A program made the position numbers and the translations under genes. DNA of 47,055 bases from Aduncisulcus paluster (lineage: Eukaryota): assembly GCA_024181965.1 (NCBI GenBank), contig BQXS01010884.1, positions 1 to 47,055 on the forward strand, written 5' to 3'. The notes beneath the pieces were generated by a model that did no database searches, was not told the origin of the DNA, and saw only the letters and a program-made list of their open reading frames with translations. Shown here one piece after another: positions 11,081 through 21,382 of this stretch (positions within the stretch are counted from its first letter, which is position 1; each line of letters opens with the position of its first letter).

Positions 11081-11276
11081 AGCATACAACACCAACATAA
11101 CGAAGAGAATTTCATTATTGAATAATGATTATTCTTAACCAAAATAATGGTAAATGCACTCAGAGCTAAGGAGTTAGAATCCCCATAATGAAGATGCATT
11201 TCCAACCAGAAAACTCAATATTTCTCAGACGAAGTCCTCCTTTTCCCAGATGATTTATTCCACAAGATGTCAGATC

Positions 11277-12434
11277 CTATCCAAAAAAGCATGTATTCTC
11301 AAGTTTTGTCATGATATCATCTTTGGAATGTTCCCATGGCAGAAGGGATAATAGTTCACTCACAACTATTTCTTCTGGCATAGTAAATACAAGGGAGTTG
11401 ATCCAAAAATTGCTACTAGTCTTATCAAACCATGTTCCTTTCCCTTCAATCTCACATATCACAACATTATCTAAATCAATAGGAAGGAAGTGCCATTCAT
11501 ATGAATGTTTAGGCCTTGTGAATTCATACTTCTTGGATGTCTTCTTACCATCACAATCAGTGAAAGTGAAGAGAAGAGAGGGTGAACTATAACAGTTATT
11601 CACACAGATATAAGCACCTTTCATGGGACTAGGTAAAGGGAAAGGGATGGAAAGATGGGATAAGGATACAAAATATTCCCCTTTTAACATTCTTTGTGCA
11701 TCTGAACTCTGATCATAATACTTAGATTCCTTACTCAGCGAACCTCTCTTGCACTTAATCATTGAGAATAAAGGATCTACAAGCTTTGGATCATCTCGTG
11801 GAATGGGAATAGAATCTCTACCTTTAGATTCTTCATCTCCTTCCTTAACAAACTCTGCTTTCACAACTGGAGCTTCAGACCATAGTTTTTCTCTGGCTTC
11901 ACGAGCTTTGATTTCTTCATGAGTTTCTTCTCTACTAATGAAAACGAGGGATTGCATGTTAAAATACTCTTCCTCTCTTCCTTTCCCTGTAATCTCACAC
12001 AAAACAACATCAGGGAGATCAACAGGAAGGAAACACCAATGCAAACCTTCAAATTCAGGAAATTCATATTTCTTGGATGTTTTATCACCTTTTGAAGATG
12101 TAAGAGTGAAGGTAAGATGTGATGGAGGTGAATAGTAACTATATAGACAGATATAAGCTCCTTTCATTGGGGAAGATGATGAAGAGAAAGGAATCGAGAT
12201 ATGGGTAAACAATCCAGCATTAAACTCTCCTTTCATCATCTTTTGTGCTTTAACACTTTGATCGTACTCTTTGTCATCTTCTTTCTCCGTTCCATCTATT
12301 GCTGTGATAGTTGGGATCTCTGAACTCTTAATATTCGGGGAATCTCTAGGAATTGGACAGCAATTAAAAATATATCCTTCATGAATAAACTCTGGTTTTA
12401 CAATTTGTATTTCGGTGGAAGAACTCATTGCCAA
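11277..12434 (-). CDS. lineage-specific protein with two tandem ~170-aa repeat domains
   Basis: The internal repeat VKxEFxxEG..PIPRD..AQxMxKGE..HxSIPF..SPMKGAYIC..KTSKKYEF..WxFLPxDLxxVVxCEIxGKG..SLVF occurs twice. Confidence 0.85.
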   Translation of the reverse strand: MAMSSSTEIQIVKPEFIHEGYIFNCCPIPRDSPNIKSSEIPTITAIDGTEKEDDKEYDQSVKAQKMMKGEFNAGLFTHISIPFSSSSSPMKGAYICLYSYYSPPSHLTFTLTSSKGDKTSKKYEFPEFEGLHWCFLPVDLPDVVLCEITGKGREEEYFNMQSLVFISREETHEEIKAREAREKLWSEAPVVKAEFVKEGDEESKGRDSIPIPRDDPKLVDPLFSMIKCKRGSLSKESKYYDQSSDAQRMLKGEYFVSLSHLSIPFPLPSPMKGAYICVNNCYSSPSLLFTFTDCDGKKTSKKYEFTRPKHSYEWHFLPIDLDNVVICEIEGKGTWFDKTSSNFWINSLVFTMPEEIVVSELLSLLPWEHSKDDIMTKLENTCFFG

Positions 12435-12936
12435 TGGAAAAGAGTCGGGATCTAAGAAAAAATTTAAAACAAAAATTTAATTACAATACAGTGAATATAA
12501 TTGCATGACATCGCATAAAATATGTCTTAATGTGCATTTAATGAAATATATGACATACGATAAATCTTGTATTGCTTGCAACGAAGGAAAAGCAGAAGAC
12601 GAAAACACAAAGTCGCGAATGACAACCTCAGGAAGCAATATCATACAATATATAAATAAATTTATATGGTCATTTTTCTTTCTATCATATATTGCATGCC
12701 ATCCTTGTGAGTCCACTCCTGACACGAAATCGTTTCATAACTTCGACATTTGTTTACATAGTGGATTATAAGGTGACAAAATATGCTGATGAGTTGCAGT
12801 TGAAATCCATGAGTATTGTGAATATATCATCGACTCGATATTCACCAACATTATGAGGGGAAAAGTTGATGATATTTTCGAGTGTCATGATTTATTAATA
12901 ACATAAAAGTGGAGATTATATTGATATAATTATTAA

Positions 12937-14085
12937 TTATATCAAAGTATCGCCGAGTCCAAACGACTTTTGAAGAGGAATCCTTACATCCTCTTCCTCA
13001 ACAATACTATCCAAATATTCGGCAAGTCTCAACAATGCAGTATCTTCTTTGTCGTCGAACCAACTTGAGATAGGAATGGCATTGTCAACATTCGCACTAT
13101 AACTAATAGGACTATTGTCAACGATAATGATACTTGAGAGGTCTCTGCCGAGCTCACCAAGATCCTTCACAAACATACCGTCATGCTGAACACAGGCTTC
13201 ACGGTATAGTCGAGAGGAGATCGTTTCATGAATGTCCAGTTTATCTAATAAAGGATCGGCATACTTGCTCAAACTGGCTGTAAATATAACTATTTCATAC
13301 AAGCCGCTCATACGACGCATGAATTCATCAACATATGGCCGTTTAGAGACGAAAATGGCTCTTTTCTTTCCATCAAGCTCCACAGCAATCTGAAAGTCTT
13401 CATATCCCGTGGGTTTGAAGGAAGAATGGACGAGAGTTTCATCCAAATCAAGAACAAGACACTTTTTACCCCGATTATGCGGATCAAGAGGGGGGAGAAG
13501 AGCCGGACGATATTCTTCAGTTACGTCTGTCGTAACATCTTTTAATTGTGGATCGTTGGGGTCATCACTAACAGCTTTTTTGGTTATTTGAGTTTTGGAA
13601 TCATCAACTGCAGCATCAGGAACCATCGTATGGACTGGTTTTATGGTGGCAATTGGATTCGTTTTAGTTTCAACTTTTATCGAAGGAGAGGGAACAACTT
13701 GAACAATATCATCCTCTTCTTCCTCATCTCGAAAGGATGGAGATATGCAGCAGCATAAATACTGCCATAGTTTGCATCTTCTTGTGGCATTTTTAGAAGA
13801 AGGTGAAGGAACCTTTTCTTCTTCAAGAAGTGCACTTTTTGAGACTTGTTTGGGGGCTTTAGTATCTTTTTGAGGAGAAGTAGAACTGATATCAGTGGAA
13901 GTTCCCTTTTTCTCATCGGGTTTTTTAACTTGGGTAACAAGGGCTGAAAAGGCGGCTTCATCATCGGATTCTTCTTTTTCGTCAACAGTTTCGACAAATG
14001 TCGCTTCCTTAGCCTGACGAACATCGTGATCTTCACAATGATCGTGAGGTGAAGATGGAAGTGGAGACATTAACTCTGAAGACAT
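12937..14085 (-). CDS. small CTD phosphatase (SCP1/PSR1-like, NIF/FCP1 HAD domain)
   Basis: LVLDLDETLVHSSF, KRPYVDEF, FTASLSKYADPLLD, IIIVDNSP and ISSWFDD. The N-terminal YLCCC cluster is a likely palmitoylation site. Confidence 0.93.
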   Translation of the reverse strand: MSSELMSPLPSSPHDHCEDHDVRQAKEATFVETVDEKEESDDEAAFSALVTQVKKPDEKKGTSTDISSTSPQKDTKAPKQVSKSALLEEEKVPSPSSKNATRRCKLWQYLCCCISPSFRDEEEEDDIVQVVPSPSIKVETKTNPIATIKPVHTMVPDAAVDDSKTQITKKAVSDDPNDPQLKDVTTDVTEEYRPALLPPLDPHNRGKKCLVLDLDETLVHSSFKPTGYEDFQIAVELDGKKRAIFVSKRPYVDEFMRRMSGLYEIVIFTASLSKYADPLLDKLDIHETISSRLYREACVQHDGMFVKDLGELGRDLSSIIIVDNSPISYSANVDNAIPISSWFDDKEDTALLRLAEYLDSIVEEEDVRIPLQKSFGLGDTLI

Positions 14086-14632
14086 TATTATTGGTAATAT
14101 GGTAAAATATTAATGAAATTCAGGGGTATTATCAAATATTTATGAGAGTACTAGTCCAACAATACGAATATAATATTTAAGGAAAGGTAAATGCATAAAC
14201 GAAAAAAATAAGATATATTCAATATTATAAATGGGTCTTTGAATATAAAATGTATTTTATTATGATTAGATTATGTATAATGAGCGAGATAATGTAATTC
14301 AGTCCCAAAATCACTTGGAAATCAATATGCAGTACATTTTGAGACATAAAATGATTTATTCACTTACTAATATGAGTAAATATTTAAACATTTAGATGAA
14401 ATTTTTCATATTTGGTGGTCTATATTGAACATTCGGATAGAGGCTAGTTTAGTCATCTTTGAACTGATTGAATGATTATTTTGAGATTTTCTCTCCATTA
14501 GATAATTGTTTAATTGCAATAATAGGAAATCTTATGTGTAAGCTGAATGACACGTCCTTTGTTCCGAGTTGATTCTTGAGTTTTTCTTTGCACCCAGGAC
14601 ATAACAAATAGTGAAATAATTAAATACATAGT

Positions 14633-15880
14633 ATGAGTGCTAGCGAAGAGATTCCAACTGATGTTCTTCAAATGAGTGATTCACAGATCCAACAACAAAT
14701 AGCCTACCTCAGACAAGAAATAGGATTTTTTGAAAATAATGCAAGGGCATTGAAACATGATATTGCAGCTAAGAAGGCAGAAATGAAAGATTTGAAGAAA
14801 AAAATTAAGCTTTATAGACAGCTTCCTTATCTCGTTGGTACCGTTGCCGAGATATTGGATATGCCTGAAGTTCAGGAAGATAAGACTGATATATCATTAA
14901 AAGATGTGAAAGAAGGGAAGTGTGTGGTTGTGAAAACTACGACTCGGCACACAATGTTTCTTCCTGTTCCTGGATTGATAAGATCCCATGAAATTGTTCC
15001 TGGAGATATGGTTGGAGTGAACAAGGATTCGTACCTTATTTTAGAAAAGCTTCCTCCTGAGTATGATACTCGAGTTACTGCCTTTGAGGTAAAAGAGAAA
15101 CCAAAGGAATCATACACTGATGTTGGTGGACTCGATGATCAAATTAAAGAGCTTCGGGAAGCTGTGGTTCTTCCCATGGAGCAACCTGAGATATTTGAAG
15201 CTGTTGGGGTTAAGGCTCCAAAGGGTGTTCTCATGCATGGACCTCCAGGAACTGGAAAGACTTTACTTGCCCGTGTCTGTGCTGCCCAAGCAGGCGCAAC
15301 ATTCCTTAAACTGGCGGCCAGTGAGTTAGTACAGAAATATATCGGTGAGGGAGCTCGTATTGTTCGTGATACCTTCAAGCTTGCCCGTGAGAAACAACCA
15401 GCAATATTGTTCATTGATGAGCTTGATGCTGTTGGTACAAAACGTTTTAGTAGTGAAGTTAGTGGAGATAGAGAAGTTCAGAGAACAATGCTTGAGCTCT
15501 TGAATCAAATGGATGGATTTAGCAGTGATGATAGGATCAAAGTTCTTGCTGCCACTAATAGGATTGATGTCCTCGATCCGGCTCTGCTTAGAAGTGGTCG
15601 TTTTGATAGGAAGATAGAGTTTCCATTGCCTAAGTTATCTGCAAGAATGAAGATTCTCAAGATCCATTCTCGGAAGATGAATGTAAGTGCTAAGGTCAAT
15701 TTAAAAGAAATTGCTGGAATGTGTGAAGATTTCAATGGTGCTCAGCTTAAAGCTGTCTGTGTGGAAGGTGGAATGATTGCTCTGAGAAGAAGGGCTCGAA
15801 TTGTTGAACACGAGGATTATGTTGAAGCTGTGGCTCAAGTTAAGAGTAAGAAGGTAAAACATTTGAAATATTTCATCTGA
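14633..15880 (+). CDS. RPT5: 26S proteasome regulatory AAA-ATPase subunit 6A (Rpt5)
   Basis: [69 protein letters not shown] and [21 protein letters not shown]. Confidence 0.95.
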   Translation: MSASEEIPTDVLQMSDSQIQQQIAYLRQEIGFFENNARALKHDIAAKKAEMKDLKKKIKLYRQLPYLVGTVAEILDMPEVQEDKTDISLKDVKEGKCVVVKTTTRHTMFLPVPGLIRSHEIVPGDMVGVNKDSYLILEKLPPEYDTRVTAFEVKEKPKESYTDVGGLDDQIKELREAVVLPMEQPEIFEAVGVKAPKGVLMHGPPGTGKTLLARVCAAQAGATFLKLAASELVQKYIGEGARIVRDTFKLAREKQPAILFIDELDAVGTKRFSSEVSGDREVQRTMLELLNQMDGFSSDDRIKVLAATNRIDVLDPALLRSGRFDRKIEFPLPKLSARMKILKIHSRKMNVSAKVNLKEIAGMCEDFNGAQLKAVCVEGGMIALRRRARIVEHEDYVEAVAQVKSKKVKHLKYFI

Positions 15881-16165
15881 GTTGGTTATAATAGAGCTAA
15901 TTTTTATCAAAATTTGAATTAATGAGAATAAAGACCCATTCTTTTTTTTTTTTTTGACTGCAAATCTGTATGGGGGCTAATGAAAGTCAGCCAAAAGTTG
16001 TATATACTCAACAAGATGTATGTTTTATTCGTTTTTAGTAGTTTTTTTGGCAAGATTACATGACAAATCATTATGTAGTATCTGATCTTCCACCGTCGGT
16101 TTATTTAACGCCTATTTTTTGATTGTTCATGATCATAGTTATCTGGAGTATCAACTCATCAAGGA

Positions 16166-17458
16166 ATGACTATTAATAATGAAATACTTGATGACCCTAT
16201 CATTAAAGAATTGGAAGATTTGACATTACCCGAATATATTGTAAGAAAAGGAAGAAAAAAGCAAAAAAAATATTTAAATAAGGCATTAAAAGAGATATTT
16301 CAAGATAGTTTGCCATTTAGTCCCCATGTTTCGGAAAGATGGAGAGATGGTACATTTTCTGCTCCCCAGAGTCCAACAGTGGACCCAGGTCATGAAGAAT
16401 CCGAGACGGATGTGTCAAGTTCAGAAAGTACAATGTCAACCTCAATTTTATCTTCTCCAACTCATGACCATTATAGTCAGACTTATATCGGGTCAAAGGA
16501 GTACCTTTCAATTGTCAAACAGATATGTAGAGATGCCAAAGAGCAGTGGCATGGAGATATTGATCGTCAATTTCTTAGATTTTTTATGGAATCCGTATCT
16601 AGGTCATCTATCATTTTACCAATGACCTTAATTCCAAATATCAATATTATTCATGATTCAAGTCCTAAAATGTTGGGAACATATCCTATTATTCAATTTA
16701 AAGAGGTTTTTCTTTCTTTCGTTGCACATAAGTTTGAGAAGGCTGATATTTTTGGTATTCAGCGGAAAATTATTGAAAAAATGAAAAATATTTCTAAATC
16801 TTTTAATCATTTTAGAGTTTTACACGAAAGACAGCCAGAAATAATCTCACAACGTACCTTTTTCCGACTTCGACCAATTGTTGAACGTATTTCTGTTATG
16901 AATACAGAGGAGAAGCTTTCCATCGATGATAAACAATTTGGGGTCATTCCGAGCCATATTTTAGGACCTCAATACTTTCAAATTGGATCATCACGCTTAT
17001 TGGGATCTTGTGGAGCGATGTGGCCATTTTGTAATGTCACTTTGAAGCTTCAAGGCTGGCTTCCTTCTCACCGAGCTCCAAAAATAGAAGTCAAAGAAGA
17101 TAAACGTGGTTCTTATGATCCGAATAGATATAATATGTTTTTGAGGCCACAAATTGATGCATTTCATCCCCTTTTTCTTTCTCTAGATGGATACAAAAGC
17201 CCCATTCTCAAAAGAAGTTCTGTTGCCACCACCCAGTTGCCGGTTCCTCCCAGCCACCGACTTCTTATGAGAGATACAGCTCAAGAATTGGCATTTATTG
17301 AAGATATTTTACTTGATTGCCGAATTACTCTTGAAGACTCTATATCAAGGCTACGAATGCTTTGGCTGACCTTAAACAACACTGTTCCAGTTCTTGAGAA
17401 CATACAAAGTGAGAAAATGATTGAAATAATACTAGGCGATGATTCACTCCACAAATAA
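16166..17458 (+). CDS. hypothetical protein, 430 aa
   Basis: Long uninterrupted ORF with an ATG start; no domain recognised. Confidence 0.8.
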   Translation: MTINNEILDDPIIKELEDLTLPEYIVRKGRKKQKKYLNKALKEIFQDSLPFSPHVSERWRDGTFSAPQSPTVDPGHEESETDVSSSESTMSTSILSSPTHDHYSQTYIGSKEYLSIVKQICRDAKEQWHGDIDRQFLRFFMESVSRSSIILPMTLIPNINIIHDSSPKMLGTYPIIQFKEVFLSFVAHKFEKADIFGIQRKIIEKMKNISKSFNHFRVLHERQPEIISQRTFFRLRPIVERISVMNTEEKLSIDDKQFGVIPSHILGPQYFQIGSSRLLGSCGAMWPFCNVTLKLQGWLPSHRAPKIEVKEDKRGSYDPNRYNMFLRPQIDAFHPLFLSLDGYKSPILKRSSVATTQLPVPPSHRLLMRDTAQELAFIEDILLDCRITLEDSISRLRMLWLTLNNTVPVLENIQSEKMIEIILGDDSLHK

Positions 17459-17515
17459 TATTATAATATAAAATTAATCGGTAAAATGTCTTTGAAATAA
17501 ATTAATGATTCGTTT

Positions 17516-20500
17516 TTAAAATAGATCCAATTCTTTGCCTTCCGTATCTCCAAGAGGAATGACTTGAGAATAAGTGTGGTCGAGGGAAAGGAGGAGCTTA
17601 TCTCTCCTTCTTGAATGGCCTCTCTCTGCTGAAACGATATTTATAGCAACATAGAACTCATGATCTGCAGAAGAGAGGAGAACAAAACTCACAGGAATCT
17701 TTATGCATGAAAATGCATTTAATTCCATCCATTTTCTCATTTCTCCCTTGCTATTTTTAGTACCACAAGCGATTACATCCTCATCAAAGCAAAATACAGA
17801 AATACAGAGTGACAATAGATAGTGTGATTGATTCCTTACAATAATATTTCCAACAATACGGTCAGATGTTTTCTTGGAACAAAAAGAAATGTTAATTGGG
17901 TTTCCAAGAATTTTACAAAGAACCTTACTGGTTATACAAATGGGGAAATCTTGGACTTTGACACCATCCAAAACAAGATTTGACTTCTTGCAAAGAATCT
18001 TCCGGCATTCACTTTCAAGAATCTGTCCAATTTTCTCAAACTCTTCCAAGATATCGCGATCAAATTTAAATGTTTCATCCAAACCTAATTTTAGAACATG
18101 AGAAATATCATCTTTTGACAAAGCTAATGGAAGATAGAATTGAATTGAAGAAGAAGGTGTGAGAAGGACAACATCTGAAGAATGGGAGATAGCTCTGGCT
18201 TTTACATATGTTGGTGTCGATTGAGGGTTTGTTACAGTAAATCTAAGTGAATTGGAAACATCAAGAATTGAATTGTGGATTTGAACGGAATCTTCAACAG
18301 GAATCTTGATTCTTATTGCTGTATCAAAAGAGTGATGTTTTCTTTCTCTTGACGATTGTTGGACCAATCTTGAAGCAGTAATTTGGATCCCAAGCTCTGA
18401 AGCAATATAAGGGACAAACTCAATCAAGATCGTCCCAACGCTTCCTCTCTCCCTCTTTCCTTTGTCACTTGAGATGATTTCCGCAGAACAATGATGTTTG
18501 GAGGAATTCAGGATAGAAATGCATTTAATGGTAACATCCGCACTGACTGTGAAGTGAAGACAAAGAGAGGCGACATTTCGAGGTCTTGATGGTGGCAAAT
18601 GGGATATTTCAACATCTTCACCGTTCATCTGGCCGTTTTTGTGGAAATGGACGTGAGAAACAGGGGGAATTATGATGATAGGATATGATTTGATTGGGGA
18701 ATGGATGATAGAGGAGGAAGAAAGATCAATGAGCTTAACGCCAACAATTTCTCCAAATACCTCACGGGAAATATCAGATGTAATACCAACTGGAATGAAA
18801 GAAACTGTTGAAGTGGATTGGTAGGAAGCTGAGAGAGAAACAAAACCTGTAGCAGGAATTATAATCTCTTTCTTAACTATTTTAGTCTTTGCATCAAGGC
18901 TGGCATCAAGAAGTTGAATAACAACACCGATAACATTCAATTGGGTTCCAACATGATATCTTTTCCACTGAAATCTGATCGGAATGGTCTCACCTTCAGG
19001 GAGTAAAGGAGCTTCACGAACTTCTGGAAAACATATTATAAATGTACTATTCCCCATGCCAATTCCGACATCAACACCAGTGATTGAAATATATTCGACT
19101 AAAGAAAGAGATACATCAGAATCAGAATCTATTTTTAGACATTCCCAAGGATGATATTCTTGAATATGATGGGCTTCTGGCTTGTTTGGATGAGTTGAAA
19201 ACAGAACAAACTTAAAAGGACTAGGACAGGCTGTGATATGAAAGGAATATTCGTGTATAAAATTCATCCAGACTTTCTCATCATGGAGACCCATTTCCTC
19301 GGCCAATAATATTGGAATTTCACTTGCTATTCCTTCAAAAACGCGTGAACAGAAAGCATACACAAGGAAAGATAATCGTTTGTGAGGGGAACGGACCAGT
19401 AAAAGAAGGATTCGAGCCAGACCACAAAATGTCCACAAAACTTGCCTAAATTCAGGAGCATGGGATAAGGCATTTGGAAGCGAACTTTCAATATATTTAT
19501 CGCACACAGAATGGCAAATGGAATTTATAGAATCGCGACACGAAGAAAAAACATCCAAATGCTCTTGATAAGAAGCCATATGATGATCATTCATTATTTG
19601 GGCTCTTCTTAACTTTAACAAGGAAAGAGTAAGAGGAAAATCATGAAGTTGCTCCCTATTTTTCTCACATTCATTCAAGAGACCAAGAGTAGTGTATACC
19701 AATTCTTCTTCTTTTATCTTGACTTCACGAAGTTTTTTTTCCGCCAATTCCCTGCCCTTTTCCTTTGCCTCCAGTTTTTTAGCTAGTTCTTCTTTTTTTT
19801 CTTTCGATTCTGCCTTTAATTTTGTGTCAGCTATTTGCTTCGTTATTTCGGCTATTTGCTTCGTTATTTCGGCATCATCCTTGGCTATTTCTTCTTCCAT
19901 CTTTCTTTTAAATTCGGCAAATGGAGCAAAACCTTGAGAATAGAAAATACATGCTTTAGTTTCAGCAGCAAACACAAGGGAGATATCAAGATTATCGTCT
20001 TTAGGTTGTTCCATATATATCTTGAGAAAGTTGAGGGCAAGACTATGTAAATGCAACAGAAAACAAACATCGGCTACAACTTTCATCGCCCTAAACTTTC
20101 TGTTTGTGCGGAGGTGCTGCTGCATTACTGTTTTGTTCTCTGAGGTCGAGGATATCTTTAATTCGGCCTTAACATCACCATGGGGAGTAAAGATATCACA
20201 TGGAAGCCATACGGCACTATTGGATATGTTTTCATATAATAATGCACTAATAATAAGAGTGTTTGTGACTTTGGATGCAACTTCTTGCATCAAAGTTGGA
20301 AGTTCTTCGGAAGAGAGGAGGCAAACGTCAATACTAGGTTTTCTAGGTAAATTAGGTTCCAAACTACATGAAGATTTGGTGAAATACTCATCTAAAACAT
20401 CAAAATCACAACAAACAAGGTCTGTAGATTCAACAAGGATAGGCTTGTAATCATCTTCATCATATCCATCAATCCAGATATATATTGGAATTGGAAACAT

Positions 20501-21088
20501 TCCATATAAGCTATTTAATCCAGATGCTAGATTTTTACAGCGTAATTTTATGCAATCTATTTGTTCAATCTCAGTAGATTCAGCTCCGGCTATTTCAGCA
20601 AAATAATCGATGATAACATCACTCAAAGATTTACCCTTAAGGGAAGGATAATAAATATATCCAATGATATAGTGAATGTCTTCCCAAACATTCATTGATA
20701 ATCTTGAAATCTCTTCAATTGAGCATCCATGAAGCCACCCACCCATTTCGGCCCGCACTTCGTCAAAAGAACGAGTATCCCGAGGGGTAATACAAGTGAG
20801 GGTCTCATAATTTCTTTTTTTTGAGTGATAGTACGCAGCTAATTTATCAACAGACCACACTTCGGGCTGTAATTCAACAGACACTCCATCCCAACCCAAG
20901 AAAAGCCATTTTCCAACACTTTCATCTTTGATAACTGGTTTTTGTAAATCTGAATGTTCAAATTTGGAATATTTTTTAATATTAGACACAAATTGTTGCA
21001 ATGGAATGGAAGGAACTTCATTAATAGGGGTAATGATTCCACGAATTTTCCCACAGTTGGAGAGGGAAGGATCTAAGTTTGTAAACAT
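17516..21088 (-). CDS. TRAPP II subunit TRAPPC9/Trs120-like protein
   Basis: N-terminal IRGIITPINEVP..QQFVSNIKKY, RAMKVVADVCFLL (cf. GRxxKxxGDxxLL) and LVFAAETKA, followed by a helical solenoid and beta-rich C-terminus. Size about 1190 aa. Confidence 0.6.
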   Translation of the reverse strand: MFTNLDPSLSNCGKIRGIITPINEVPSIPLQQFVSNIKKYSKFEHSDLQKPVIKDESVGKWLFLGWDGVSVELQPEVWSVDKLAAYYHSKKRNYETLTCITPRDTRSFDEVRAEMGGWLHGCSIEEISRLSMNVWEDIHYIIGYIYYPSLKGKSLSDVIIDYFAEIAGAESTEIEQIDCIKLRCKNLASGLNSLYGMFPIPIYIWIDGYDEDDYKPILVESTDLVCCDFDVLDEYFTKSSCSLEPNLPRKPSIDVCLLSSEELPTLMQEVASKVTNTLIISALLYENISNSAVWLPCDIFTPHGDVKAELKISSTSENKTVMQQHLRTNRKFRAMKVVADVCFLLHLHSLALNFLKIYMEQPKDDNLDISLVFAAETKACIFYSQGFAPFAEFKRKMEEEIAKDDAEITKQIAEITKQIADTKLKAESKEKKEELAKKLEAKEKGRELAEKKLREVKIKEEELVYTTLGLLNECEKNREQLHDFPLTLSLLKLRRAQIMNDHHMASYQEHLDVFSSCRDSINSICHSVCDKYIESSLPNALSHAPEFRQVLWTFCGLARILLLLVRSPHKRLSFLVYAFCSRVFEGIASEIPILLAEEMGLHDEKVWMNFIHEYSFHITACPSPFKFVLFSTHPNKPEAHHIQEYHPWECLKIDSDSDVSLSLVEYISITGVDVGIGMGNSTFIICFPEVREAPLLPEGETIPIRFQWKRYHVGTQLNVIGVVIQLLDASLDAKTKIVKKEIIIPATGFVSLSASYQSTSTVSFIPVGITSDISREVFGEIVGVKLIDLSSSSIIHSPIKSYPIIIIPPVSHVHFHKNGQMNGEDVEISHLPPSRPRNVASLCLHFTVSADVTIKCISILNSSKHHCSAEIISSDKGKRERGSVGTILIEFVPYIASELGIQITASRLVQQSSRERKHHSFDTAIRIKIPVEDSVQIHNSILDVSNSLRFTVTNPQSTPTYVKARAISHSSDVVLLTPSSSIQFYLPLALSKDDISHVLKLGLDETFKFDRDILEEFEKIGQILESECRKILCKKSNLVLDGVKVQDFPICITSKVLCKILGNPINISFCSKKTSDRIVGNIIVRNQSHYLLSLCISVFCFDEDVIACGTKNSKGEMRKWMELNAFSCIKIPVSFVLLSSADHEFYVAINIVSAERGHSRRRDKLLLSLDHTYSQVIPLGDTEGKELDLF
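19830..19873. repeat. 21-bp tandem repeat x2 (AEITKQI) inside a CDS
   Basis: gctatttgcttcgttatttcg is repeated perfectly. Confidence 0.9.
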
Positions 21089-21382
21089 TCAAAAAATAAT
21101 AAATAATAATCGGTGTATGTATTCAAATGATAAAGAAGATAAGACATTCTTGAAGAGCAAAATATCTAAAATTAGAAATTTATTATTTTTTTTATATAAA
21201 AAAATTAAATATAATACAATTAAATATGTAATAGTCAAATTTACTAAATACAAATTTTAATGTTCTATTTTTAGGTATTTTCGGTTTTTAATTTGTCCAC
21301 AATTTTTCCAATCATAAACAAGCTGGACGAAGTAGTATCTATCTTGTTTTTATTATCTTATGGTAACGAAATTATTTCTGAG

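Noticed and set aside
12477-12890. Short ORFs on both strands between the repeat-family gene and the phosphatase
   Set aside because: No recognisable motif; possibly a decayed relic but unsupported.
16044-16122. U2 snRNA-like motifs (ttttggcaagat...tgtagtatctg...attttttg)
   Set aside because: No stem I or 5' U6-pairing sequence, an extra ~13 nt before GTAGTA, no convincing stem IIa, and only ~45 nt before the next ATG for stems III/IV. Likely chance, though a cmscan would be cheap.
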